This document shows positions 16,901-25,124 of a stretch of DNA of 32,000 bases, one piece after another (position 1 is the stretch's first letter; each line of letters begins with the position of its first letter). The stretch is from Pseudodesulfovibrio mercurii (GTDB taxonomy: Bacteria; Desulfobacterota; Desulfovibrionia; Desulfovibrionales; Desulfovibrionaceae): assembly GCF_000189295.2 (NCBI RefSeq), contig NC_016803.1, forward strand, positions 780,001 through 812,000. Reading direction: 5' to 3'. The translations under genes were made by a program, and so were the position numbers. The notes under the pieces are model-generated. The model was not told the origin of the DNA and made no database searches. It worked only from the letters and a program-made list of their open reading frames with translations.

Positions 16901-18259
16901 CTACTTGACCTCCTTGAGGCCAAGGTTCTTTTCGCCCATGGCCACGTAGAGCTTGGACACGGCGGTGCCGTAGTCGGCCAGGGCCTGGGACAGCTGGGCC
17001 TCGGCCAGGCTGAGGCGCTCCTGGGCGTTGAGCACGTCGGTGTTGGTGCCCACCTGGGCCTGGTAGCGCGCCACGGCCATGCGGTAGGCCTCTTCGGCGG
17101 CCACAACGGACTTCTTGGCCACGGAGATGCGGTCGGCCGCCTCCTGAAGGTTCAGGATGGCGCTCTTGACCTCGAAGCCCGCGTTGAGCCGGGTGTTCTC
17201 CAGGTCGGCCTCCATCTGCTTGACCATCTCGTCGTACTTCTTGGAGTCGTAGTAGTCGGAACCCCAGGAGAAAATATCCATGGTGGCGTCCACCCCGGCG
17301 GTCCAGTATTCACCGGAGCGCTCGGAGATGTAGCCGTTGCCGTTAACCGCGGGATCGTCGCCGCGGGTGACGTAGTCCCAGTGACCGTTGACCGAGGGGT
17401 AGAAGCTGCTCTCGGACATGGTCACATCCTTCTGGGCCATCTCCACGCTCTTCTGGCCGATGATCAGGTCGGGCCGATGGTCGTAGGCCCGGATCAGGCA
17501 TTCCTTGAGGGTCAGATCAAAGGGGATGTATTTCAGTTCGCCCACGTACTTGATCGGGGCTTCCAGGGGGATGTTCAGCAGCGTGTTCAGCTGGGCCTCC
17601 TGGGTGGAGACGTTGTTGCGCGCCTTGAGGAGTTCCTGCTTGGAGGTGGCCAGGTCGACCTCGGCGTCCAGGACCTCGGCCTTGGGCCGCAGGCCGACCT
17701 CGTAGAAGGCGTTGGTCACCTTGAGCTGGGATTCCAGGCGGGCCACGGAGTCCTCGGCGCTCTTCACGTCCATGCGCGCCTTGAGCAGGGAGAGATAGTT
17801 GGACTGGACCGACTCGATGAGGCTCAATTCCACGTTGGTCAGGGAGGCCTCGGTGGACTCCTTGTTCAACTTGGCCTTCTGCCAGTTGGCCAGCAGGTTG
17901 AAGCCCTGGAAGATCGGCTGGGTCAGGTTCAGGGAGGCGACCCAGTCGTCCTGCTTGCCGCTGTAGGTGTAACCACGGTTGTAATGCGTGTACCCGAAGC
18001 CGCCGCTCAGGGCCGGGCCGAACTGGCCCAGGGCGGAACGCTGGCCGTGCTCGGCGCCGCGCAGCTGGGCGCGGATGGCCTGCATGTTCGGGTTGAAGCC
18101 CAAGGCCCGCTGCACGCACCGCTCAAGATCGAAGGGGCCGGAGATGTCTTCGGCCCCTGCTTTGTCCATGGCGGGATCGGCGTCCTGGGCGAACGCGATT
18201 CCGGCCGAAGCCAGAAGAGCCGAAAGAATCAACGTCAATAACAACCGTGTGCGGTTCAT
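16901..18259 (-). CDS. tolC: TolC-family outer-membrane efflux protein
   Basis: 452 aa. Signal peptide MNRTRLLLTLILSALLASAGIAFA. Two internally repeated alpha/beta halves typical of outer membrane factor proteins. Confidence 0.88.
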   Translation of the reverse strand: MNRTRLLLTLILSALLASAGIAFAQDADPAMDKAGAEDISGPFDLERCVQRALGFNPNMQAIRAQLRGAEHGQRSALGQFGPALSGGFGYTHYNRGYTYSGKQDDWVASLNLTQPIFQGFNLLANWQKAKLNKESTEASLTNVELSLIESVQSNYLSLLKARMDVKSAEDSVARLESQLKVTNAFYEVGLRPKAEVLDAEVDLATSKQELLKARNNVSTQEAQLNTLLNIPLEAPIKYVGELKYIPFDLTLKECLIRAYDHRPDLIIGQKSVEMAQKDVTMSESSFYPSVNGHWDYVTRGDDPAVNGNGYISERSGEYWTAGVDATMDIFSWGSDYYDSKKYDEMVKQMEADLENTRLNAGFEVKSAILNLQEAADRISVAKKSVVAAEEAYRMAVARYQAQVGTNTDVLNAQERLSLAEAQLSQALADYGTAVSKLYVAMGEKNLGLKEVK

Positions 18260-18319
18260 ATGGGGGTTCCTATCTGAAATTGCTCGTTAAGTTGAACCAT
18301 CAACAATCATCAATCCAAC

Positions 18320-18348
18320 TATTTAACGACTTTTTCTAGAGTTCGCAA
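18320..18348 (-). promoter_or_regulatory. Sigma-70-type promoter for the tolC-family gene
   Basis: Minus strand reads TTGCGA (18348-18343), 17 nt, TAAATA (18325-18320), in an A/T-rich 98-nt spacer. Confidence 0.4.
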
Positions 18349-18357
18349 GTCCAAACG

Positions 18358-19149
18358 TCATCCGTCACGCAGGGCCGCGCAGTCCGACGGGTCGCCCTGA
18401 AGCTTTTCCAGGGTATGCCGGAAGGTCGGCAGCAGCGGCTCCAGGCACTCGGCCACGGCCTTGGGGCTGCCGGGCATGTTGACGATGAGCGCATTGCCCA
18501 GGGTCCCGGCCACGGCCCTGGAGATGGCCCCGTGCGGGGTCTTGGCCAGGCTGGCCATGGTCATGGCCCGCTCGTAGCCGGGCAGCCGCTTTTCTATGAC
18601 GGCCAGGGTCGCCTCCGGGGAGACGTCCCTGGGGGCCACGCCCGTGCCGCCCGTAGTCAGGATGAGGTCGAATCCCTGATTCAGGGCCAGATCCGCGAGC
18701 AGCCCCTTGAGCTGGGAGGTCTCGTCCGGGATGATAAACCCCTGGACGCAGTTCAGGTCCAGGACCTCGCCCACCAGCCTGCCCACCAGCGGCCCGGACT
18801 CGTCCACGCGCTCGCCGCGCGATCCCTTGTCGCTCAGGGTGATCCAGGCCAGGGCGTAGCCGGTGCGCGAGACCTCGAAGGTCACCGGCCCGGCCGGTGC
18901 GTCCTCCAGGGCCTCCAACAGGTACAGGGGCTGCGACGACGCGCCCGCGCCACGGGGCAGCCAGGCGGCCGAGCGGACCAGGAACGCACCGCCCTCCCCG
19001 GCCAGCCGGTCGCCCGCGCGCAGGCCGGGCCTGAGCACGTCCGTGACCATGGCCGCCGGGGCCGACATTTCGGATGCGGAACACAGGTAGACCAGGCCGC
19101 CCTTGTTCACCGGGGCGGCCAGACGGCAGTCGAGACGCTTGCAGGACAT
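18358..19149 (-). CDS. Molybdenum cofactor biosynthesis protein, MoaB/Mog domain with about 95-aa N-terminal extension
   Basis: Trimmed to ATG 19149, with GGGAGA 7 nt upstream. C-terminal domain has WITLSDKGSRGERVDESG...LILTTGGTGVAPRDVSPEA, typical of MogA/MoaB. The N-terminal part is not recognised. Confidence 0.78.
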   Translation of the reverse strand: MSCKRLDCRLAAPVNKGGLVYLCSASEMSAPAAMVTDVLRPGLRAGDRLAGEGGAFLVRSAAWLPRGAGASSQPLYLLEALEDAPAGPVTFEVSRTGYALAWITLSDKGSRGERVDESGPLVGRLVGEVLDLNCVQGFIIPDETSQLKGLLADLALNQGFDLILTTGGTGVAPRDVSPEATLAVIEKRLPGYERAMTMASLAKTPHGAISRAVAGTLGNALIVNMPGSPKAVAECLEPLLPTFRHTLEKLQGDPSDCAALRDG

Positions 19150-19166
19150 GGTTTCTCCCTTGGTTA

Positions 19167-19898
19167 TCAGGCCAGCAGGACCGACAGGATACCCGCCACG
19201 AACACGCCCCCGAAGGTGCCGGGGCCGCCGATGGAGACCATCTGCGTGCCCACCCGGTTGCGGAAGCGCGGCACCAGCAGCGGGATGAGGTTCCCGCCGA
19301 GCACGGCGCCCATGGTGCCGGCCACGTAGGCGGCCACCGGGCGGTACTCCGGGGGCACGAAAAAGTAGACGCACAGGAAGGTGATCAGGGCGGGCAGGAC
19401 CAACGGGATGCGCATGCCCGTGAAGGGATCGGGCTTGGCCATGGCGTAGCACCCGGCCGCGACCATGAGCATGACGAAGCCGATCCAGGGATAGACTCCG
19501 CCCGCCTGAAAGATCATGTGCTGGCGGATGATGAAGGTGACGCTCAGAAGCAGGGGCATGAGGAAACCGCCCACGTTGATGGCGAATATCTGCTTCTTCA
19601 GCTCGCTCTCGCCCTCCTCCTCGAAGCGCACCGGACGGCCGCCCTCGTCCACGCCGAAGCGCACGGTCCGGGGGGTGCTGACCACCACCAGCCGCTCGCT
19701 GGTGTGCACCGGGATGTTGATCATCCGGCCGAGCAGGATGGCGATGAGCATGAGCACGCCCTGGGCCGGGGTCAGCCCAAGCTTGGAGAAGGCGTCGGCC
19801 ACCAGGGAGACCGGCAGGAAGACGAACAGGAAGAAGAGCGCCACCAGCAGGAGCAGCGCCGGGATCATGCCGCCGGAATATTGGAAATAGGGATTCAT
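19167..19898 (-). CDS. DUF1614-family integral membrane protein
   Basis: Trimmed to ATG 19898 (MNPYFQYSGGMIPALLLLVALFF...). The segment GRMINIPVH and the polytopic profile match my recollection of DUF1614 proteins. Lies 17 nt upstream of the Mog-like gene. Confidence 0.65.
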   Translation of the reverse strand: MNPYFQYSGGMIPALLLLVALFFLFVFLPVSLVADAFSKLGLTPAQGVLMLIAILLGRMINIPVHTSERLVVVSTPRTVRFGVDEGGRPVRFEEEGESELKKQIFAINVGGFLMPLLLSVTFIIRQHMIFQAGGVYPWIGFVMLMVAAGCYAMAKPDPFTGMRIPLVLPALITFLCVYFFVPPEYRPVAAYVAGTMGAVLGGNLIPLLVPRFRNRVGTQMVSIGGPGTFGGVFVAGILSVLLA

Positions 19899-19933
19899 CG
19901 GTTGCACCTTTGGTAAGGGGCCGCCCGGACCGG

Positions 19934-19963
19934 TTGCTTTTGCCTTTATCCCGGCCCTATAGT
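19934..19963 (+). promoter_or_regulatory. Sigma-70-type promoter for rfbA
   Basis: TTGCTT (19934-19939), 18 nt, TATAGT (19958-19963), about 70 nt upstream of ATG 20036. Confidence 0.4.
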
Positions 19964-20035
19964 ATGGCAATGCCCATGCAGTTGGGATGTATCCTAACCT
20001 GAAACCGAAGTAAATCAAAGCACTCAGAGGCATAT

Positions 20036-20917
20036 ATGAAAGGCATCATCCTGGCCGGGGGTTCCGGCACCCGGCTCCACCCCCTGACCCGGGTGGTCAG
20101 CAAGCAGCTGCTGCCCGTGTACGACAAGCCGATGATCTACTATCCCCTGTCCACCTTGATGCTGGCGGACATCCGGGACATCCTGATCATCTCCACTCCC
20201 CACGATCTGCCCAATTTCCGAAAACTCCTGGGCGACGGCTCCCAGCTCGGCCTGCGCCTGTCCTACCGCGAACAACCCCGGCCCGAGGGGCTGGCCCAGG
20301 CCTTCCTCATCGGCGAGGAGTTCATCGGCTCGGACAACGTCTGCCTGGTCCTCGGGGACAACATCTTCCACGGCCACGGCCTGGGCTCCATTCTCAAGGC
20401 CGCGGGGCGGCTGCAAAAGGGCGGCCTGGTCTTCGCCTACCTGGTGAAGGACCCCGAACGCTACGGCGTGGTGGAGTTCGACAAGAACTTCAAGGCGTTG
20501 TCCATCGAGGAAAAGCCGACGAAGCCCAAGTCCAAGTACGCGGTCACCGGGCTGTACTTCTACGACAACGACGTCATCGGCATGGCCCGCTCCCTCAAGC
20601 CCTCGGCGCGCGGGGAGCTGGAGATCACGGACATCAACCGGCTCTACCTCGAGCGCGGCGACCTGGAGGTCCAGACCCTGGGCCGGGGCTACGCCTGGCT
20701 GGACATGGGCACCCACGAGTCCCTGCACGGGGCGTCCGGCTTCGTGCGCGCGGTCCAGGCCCGGCAGGGGTACGTCATCTCCAGCCCCGAGGAGATCGCC
20801 TACCGCATGGGCTTCATCGACCGGGACCAGCTCCTGCGCCTGGCCTCGGAGATGAGCAACAACGACTACGGCAAGTATCTCCTGGAGGTGGCCAAGGAAG
20901 AGCCCGGCATGTCCTAG
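20036..20917 (+). CDS. rfbA: Glucose-1-phosphate thymidylyltransferase
   Basis: [18 protein letters not shown]...[16 protein letters not shown] is near-invariant RmlA/RfbA sequence. 293 aa. Confidence 0.95.
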   Translation: MKGIILAGGSGTRLHPLTRVVSKQLLPVYDKPMIYYPLSTLMLADIRDILIISTPHDLPNFRKLLGDGSQLGLRLSYREQPRPEGLAQAFLIGEEFIGSDNVCLVLGDNIFHGHGLGSILKAAGRLQKGGLVFAYLVKDPERYGVVEFDKNFKALSIEEKPTKPKSKYAVTGLYFYDNDVIGMARSLKPSARGELEITDINRLYLERGDLEVQTLGRGYAWLDMGTHESLHGASGFVRAVQARQGYVISSPEEIAYRMGFIDRDQLLRLASEMSNNDYGKYLLEVAKEEPGMS

Positions 20918-20987
20918 GAGGACCGGGGACGAAAAACGACGAAGCCGCCTCCCCCGACAACGGGAAGCGGCTTCGCGGAAAATACGC

Positions 20988-21019
20988 AAAAAAACGCGGT
21001 CCGTGGATCGCGTTTTTTC
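20988..21019. terminator. Bidirectional intrinsic terminator
   Basis: AAAAAAACGCGGTCC-GT-GGATCGCGTTTTTT. The palindrome is flanked by an A-run and a T-run and lies between convergent rfbA and the 47-aa ORF. Confidence 0.7.
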
Positions 21020-21024
21020 AGGTC

Positions 21025-21168
21025 CTAGTGATGGTCGCTGTGCATGGCCTCGCGCACGCGAATGATGCCGATGGTCAGGATCCAGGCCAGGTAGATGAAA
21101 ATCAGGGACACGCCGACAAAGCCGGCCCCGGAGCTCTGAGTCATGCCGTGAAGCAGTTCGCCAATCAT
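21025..21168 (-). CDS. Small (47 aa) single-pass membrane protein, absent from the ORF track
   Basis: AGGAGG lies 6 nt upstream of ATG 21168. Translation is MIGELLHGMTQSSGAGFVGVSLIFIYLAWILTIGIIRVREAMHSDHH, with one clear TM helix. GC3-rich codons. Followed by the bidirectional terminator. Confidence 0.55.
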   Translation of the reverse strand: MIGELLHGMTQSSGAGFVGVSLIFIYLAWILTIGIIRVREAMHSDHH

Positions 21169-21356
21169 GTTATTCCTCCTCGATCACCCATTTTTGGCTT
21201 GAAAAGATGTATCTTATTGCCCCCCAAATCGCCTTGTTGTCAACCCCATTTCGCCATTTGCCCGGCTCTTCCGCACCCTTGCGGACCGCCGCCCCCCTGC
21301 CTTAGCAAGGCAAAGGCCGGAAGTCCCGCGTCCGCGACCGCTCTGGTCCGCCCCGC

Positions 21357-21385
21357 TTGTCAGCGGTCCCGCTTTACCCTACTAT
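21357..21385 (+). promoter_or_regulatory. Sigma-70-type promoter for the PilZ gene
   Basis: TTGTCA (21357-21362), 17 nt, TACTAT (21380-21385), 41 nt upstream of ATG 21427. Confidence 0.45.
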
Positions 21386-21426
21386 TGTCCGGCAACGACA
21401 AGAACCTCTGCAACAAACGGTGACCA

Positions 21427-22002
21427 ATGGGCATTCTGGATTCTCTGGGCAAGATATTCTCCAAGACCGGCAAGAGCACCTCTCCGGCCAAGGACGAGAC
21501 GGCCCGCGCCCTCGCCGAGATCCGCAGGCGCGGCAGCGCGCCGCCCGCCAAGCCCGCCCCCGAACGGGACACCGGCTTCCACGCCGCCCCGGTGGACGAG
21601 GCCGCCCTGGGCTTCAGCATCACCATCAAGAACGGCCGGATCACCAAGCGCAAGGCGTTCCGCATCTCCGTGGACGGGCTGACCGTGTTCGTCCACCGGC
21701 TGGGCAAGACCTACCCGGTGACCGACATCAGCGCCTCGGGCCTGGGCTTCAGCTTCCTGAAGCCGCGCATCAAGTGCGGGGTGAAGATCAAGATGGACCT
21801 GCTCCTGAACGGCGGCCGTGAGATCGAGGGCGTGCTCTGCCAGGTCATGCGCCACGAGCAGGGCGTGGTCGGCTGCGCCTTCGTGGACCTGGACCGCAAG
21901 CAGGAGGACGCGGTGGGCCGGATCGTCCTGGAGGGCGAAAAGCAGCTGGCAGCGCGCCGGACCGCAACCAGGAAATCGGGACAGGACCAGGGCCGATCCT
22001 AG
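21427..22002 (+). CDS. PilZ-domain protein (putative c-di-GMP receptor)
   Basis: Both PilZ motifs are intact: RKAFR (RxxxR) and DISASG (D/NxSxxG). About 70-aa low-complexity N-terminus. Confidence 0.8.
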   Translation: MGILDSLGKIFSKTGKSTSPAKDETARALAEIRRRGSAPPAKPAPERDTGFHAAPVDEAALGFSITIKNGRITKRKAFRISVDGLTVFVHRLGKTYPVTDISASGLGFSFLKPRIKCGVKIKMDLLLNGGREIEGVLCQVMRHEQGVVGCAFVDLDRKQEDAVGRIVLEGEKQLAARRTATRKSGQDQGRS

Positions 22003-22370
22003 GCCCTGGCGCGCAATTCCTCTATATACGTCTCGAGGTCGTTGGGCTCGCCCGGCTTGTGGTCCTCGGGATAGAGCAGCGCGGTCATGAAGAAGACCGA
22101 GCCTATACGCAGGGCCGTGCTCGCGCTCATGGAAAACGCCTCCAGCCGCCGGGCCACGTCCTCGGCCTCCTCGTCGTCCAGCCGCTCCACCAGGACCCAA
22201 CTGTTTTCCGCCAGCCCGGCCAGGAGCTTGGCCTTCTTTTCCAGGCAGGCCTGGAAGGCCGTCTGCCCACCCTCGGCCAGGGCGACCTCCCCTTCGGCCT
22301 CGATGCGCTTCACGTCGGCGTTGACGTGTTCCAGGTAGGTTATCAATTCGGACAGGGCGGTGTCGGACAT
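21999..22370 (-). CDS. Hypothetical protein (123 aa, acidic, predicted helical)
   Basis: AGGAGA SD 6 nt upstream of ATG 22370. GC3-rich codons. No recognisable motif. The 3' end overlaps the PilZ gene 3' end by 4 nt. Confidence 0.55.
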   Translation of the reverse strand: MSDTALSELITYLEHVNADVKRIEAEGEVALAEGGQTAFQACLEKKAKLLAGLAENSWVLVERLDDEEAEDVARRLEAFSMSASTALRIGSVFFMTALLYPEDHKPGEPNDLETYIEELRARA

Positions 22371-22536
22371 GGGGGCTCTCCTGTTTTTTTGGCCGGAGCA
22401 TAGCCGCGAAACTCCTGGAAAACAAGGGCGCGCCGAGGGGACGAAGGGACTTCGCGTCGGTAAATCCGCTTTACACCGGGGCCAAGAGGTTTTACCTCAA
22501 TGGGTCCCTGAACCCGAACATCCAAGGAGACCCGAA

Positions 22537-23151
22537 TTGAGCATACTCTCCGCCAGCCTCGGGCTGACACGCTACCGCATCATCGAGGAGGTCCCTGCGG
22601 AACTGCTCCAGCAAGTGCCCGACAAGCTGAAGCAATTCTGCATGGTGGACATCGACGGCACGGCCGACGAGCGCTCCTTCGGCTGGACCAACATCGACGA
22701 CATGCTGGACATGAACTGGACCGCGTCTCCGCCGGAAAAGGCCGACTACTTCGCCTTCTCCCTGCGCCTGGACACCCGGCGCATTCCGCCCGCCGTGCTC
22801 AAGAAGCACAACACCATCGCGGCCAACAAGGAGCTCGAGCACAACAAGGAGCAGGGCAAGAATTTCGTCTCCCGCGACCGCAAGCGCGAGATCAAGGAGC
22901 AGGTCGCCCTCAGGCTGCGCGCCCGGACCCTGCCCATCCCGGCGGTCTTCGACGTGATCTGGAACCCCACGGCCAACCGCATCTACCTGGACACCACCAA
23001 CGCCAAGGTCCGGTCCCTGTTCGAGGACCACTTCACCCTGACCTTCGACCTCCACCTGGAACCGCTGACCCCGTTCTTCATGGCCATGGACATCCTCGGC
23101 GAAGACGCCGCGCCCAGGCTGGAAAACCTCGACCCGACCATCTTCGTCTAG
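22537..23151 (+). CDS. rdgC: Recombination-associated protein RdgC, N-terminal half
   Basis: TTG start at 22537 with AAGGAG 7 nt upstream. By eye it aligns along its length with the first roughly 165 aa of E. coli RdgC (L.RYRI start, SFGW, R.IPP.VLKK, basic helix, IYLDT...). Ends at TAG 23149-23151. Confidence 0.72.
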   Translation: MSILSASLGLTRYRIIEEVPAELLQQVPDKLKQFCMVDIDGTADERSFGWTNIDDMLDMNWTASPPEKADYFAFSLRLDTRRIPPAVLKKHNTIAANKELEHNKEQGKNFVSRDRKREIKEQVALRLRARTLPIPAVFDVIWNPTANRIYLDTTNAKVRSLFEDHFTLTFDLHLEPLTPFFMAMDILGEDAAPRLENLDPTIFV

Positions 23152-23160
23152 GAGCGCGCC

Positions 23161-23682
23161 ATGGATCTTTCACTCGTAGAACGCGAAAACACCCTGCTCG
23201 GCCAGGACTTCCTGACCTGGCTGTGGTTCAAGACCGACCAGGACACCGTGCTCTTTCAGCTCGCGGACAACCGGACCTTTACCCTGCACATGGAGCAGAA
23301 GCTGTCCGTCCAGGGCGGCGAGGGCGAGACCAAGGCCACGGCCACGGTGACCAGCCCGGCGGGCGAACTGTCCGAGGCCAAGACCGGCCTGCGCACGGGC
23401 AAGAAGGTCAACAAGGCCCAGCTGCTCTTCGCCATGGACCAGGACGAATGGCTGGTCACGGTCAACGCCTCGGACTTCGGCCTGTCCGGCCTGAAGACCC
23501 CCAAGGTCGGCACCAAGGACGAAGAGGGCGACGACCCGGACGCCAAATTCCTGGAAAAGATGTTCCTGTTGGAGCGCTGCCTGGAGATGTTCGACATTGT
23601 CTTCACCCAGTTCCTCAACCTCCGGCTGAGCAAGGACTGGGCCGAGGAATCCGCCAGGGTCAAGCTCTGGATCAACGGCTAG
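23161..23682 (+). CDS. rdgC: Recombination-associated protein RdgC, C-terminal half
   Basis: ATG 23161 is in the same frame as the upstream ORF, with GGAG 6 nt upstream. It aligns by eye to the C-terminal half of RdgC (LTWLW ~ LTEW, GKKVNKAQLLF ~ GKVVTKLAL, FLEKMFLLERCLEMF ~ FDADFILMTGELAAL). Confidence 0.68.
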   Translation: MDLSLVERENTLLGQDFLTWLWFKTDQDTVLFQLADNRTFTLHMEQKLSVQGGEGETKATATVTSPAGELSEAKTGLRTGKKVNKAQLLFAMDQDEWLVTVNASDFGLSGLKTPKVGTKDEEGDDPDAKFLEKMFLLERCLEMFDIVFTQFLNLRLSKDWAEESARVKLWING

Positions 23683-23686
23683 CCCC

Positions 23687-24253
23687 GTGTCCGGACCGCT
23701 GCGCATCGCCTGCTTCGGCGACAGCCTGACCGAGGGGTACGGCCTGGCCCCGGACGAGGCCCTGCCCGCCGTCCTGGAACGCGACCTGCTCGACCTGGGG
23801 ATCGAGGCGCGCTGCCTCAATTTCGGAGTGTCCGGCGACACGGCCGAGGACGGCCTGAACCGCCTGCGCATGGTCCTCGACGCCGACCCGGACGGGGTGG
23901 TCCTGGCCTTCGGGGCCAACGACTGCTTTCTGGACGAGCCGGTGGATGAGGTGGCGGCGCGGCTGTCCAGCCTGATCGAGGCCTTCCGCAAGCGGGACCT
24001 CCCGGTCCTGCTGGTGGGGGTCAACGCGGGGCTCAACCCGGACGAGGCCTACCGGGCGCGGTTCGAGGCCGTGTTCCCGGACCTGGCCGAGCGCTACGAT
24101 TTGCCCCTGTTCCCGGACATCCTCGCCCCGTACCAGGGCGACCCGTCCATGACCCTGCTGGACGGCCTGCACCCCAACGAGACCGGGGTGGAGGCAATGG
24201 CCCGCGCCCTGCTCCCCCAGGTGGAGGCCCTGGCGCGCGGCATCAGGCCGTAG
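23687..24253 (+). CDS. SGNH/GDSL hydrolase, TesA/arylesterase-like
   Basis: IACFGDSLTEGYG (block I, GDS), GANDC (block III) and DGLHPN (block V). GTG start 4 nt after the preceding stop. Confidence 0.85.
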   Translation: MSGPLRIACFGDSLTEGYGLAPDEALPAVLERDLLDLGIEARCLNFGVSGDTAEDGLNRLRMVLDADPDGVVLAFGANDCFLDEPVDEVAARLSSLIEAFRKRDLPVLLVGVNAGLNPDEAYRARFEAVFPDLAERYDLPLFPDILAPYQGDPSMTLLDGLHPNETGVEAMARALLPQVEALARGIRP

Positions 24254-24995
24254 GCGGCCCCGCCTTCCCGTCTTTCCCCTCTCCGCTTTTCCCTTCTCCG
24301 TCTTCCCCGTCCCCACCTTCGAGAAACTTCTGCTTCATGCGGTGGACCACGATGGCCACGGCCACCCCGGCCACGGCCAGGGCGATGGCCGCGCCCACGG
24401 ACAGCCGCCCGCGCACGCCCGCCGAGAGCAGGTGCCCGCCCGAGGCCAGGAAGACGGTCTCGGGCAGCATGGCCACCCAGGAAAGGAGCGCGTACGGCAG
24501 GGAGCGGACCTCGGTGATGCCGAGCAGGTAGCTGGTCACCGGAAAGGGCAGGACCGGGATGATCCGGCTCAGGGAGATGAGGTGCAGTGGGTGGATGCGG
24601 CTCAGGAAGAGCATCCGCCTGTACACGGGGTTGTCCGCGAACCGCACCTTGAGCCGCTCGCGCACGCCGTAGCGGGCCAGGACAAAGGCCCCCACCGCGC
24701 CGATGGTCATGCCCGCCGAGGCGTAGACCGCGCCGAGCTTCCAACCGAAAATCGCCCCTGCGGCCACGGTGAACAGGACCTGGGGCACCAGGAGCATGGT
24801 CAGCAGCGCGTCGGCCGCGATGAAGACCAGCGGGCCCAGATTGCCCTCTGCCTCCACCACGGCGGACAGCCGGCTCATATACCGCTCGCCCCAGTGCTCC
24901 ATGGCGAAGGAGAGCAGGCCGAGCAGGCAGAACGCCGCCGCGAATTTGAGGACCATGGGCCAGGAAACGGACCGTTTTCCCCCATGTTGTTCCAT
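24243..24995 (-). CDS. TVP38/TMEM64 (DedA-related, SNARE-associated) family membrane protein
   Basis: Trimmed to ATG 24995, with GGAGGG 8 nt upstream. LVFIAADALLTMLLVPQVLFTVAAGAIFGWKLGAVYASAGMTIGAVGAFVLARY is characteristic of the family. Unusual G/E/K-rich 25-aa tail. Confidence 0.78.
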   Translation of the reverse strand: MEQHGGKRSVSWPMVLKFAAAFCLLGLLSFAMEHWGERYMSRLSAVVEAEGNLGPLVFIAADALLTMLLVPQVLFTVAAGAIFGWKLGAVYASAGMTIGAVGAFVLARYGVRERLKVRFADNPVYRRMLFLSRIHPLHLISLSRIIPVLPFPVTSYLLGITEVRSLPYALLSWVAMLPETVFLASGGHLLSAGVRGRLSVGAAIALAVAGVAVAIVVHRMKQKFLEGGDGEDGEGKSGEGKDGKAGPPTA

Positions 24996-25124
24996 GCAAC
25001 GCACCCTCCGGGGGCCGGGCCTTGTGCTCCACCGAGGAATGCCATAGCGTAACGCCGGGTCCCGACCCCCCATCCTCTTACGGGGTTATCGGCGGAAAAT
25101 GAAGAGGGAAACCAAAGGACGGCC

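Noticed and set aside
23149-23151. TAG in the split rdgC read as pyrrolysine.
   Set aside because: There is no pyl gene, PYLIS-like element or other in-frame TAG in this window. A reinitiation SD (GGAG) before the second ORF offers a simpler explanation. It is left as a remote alternative inside the rdgC finding.
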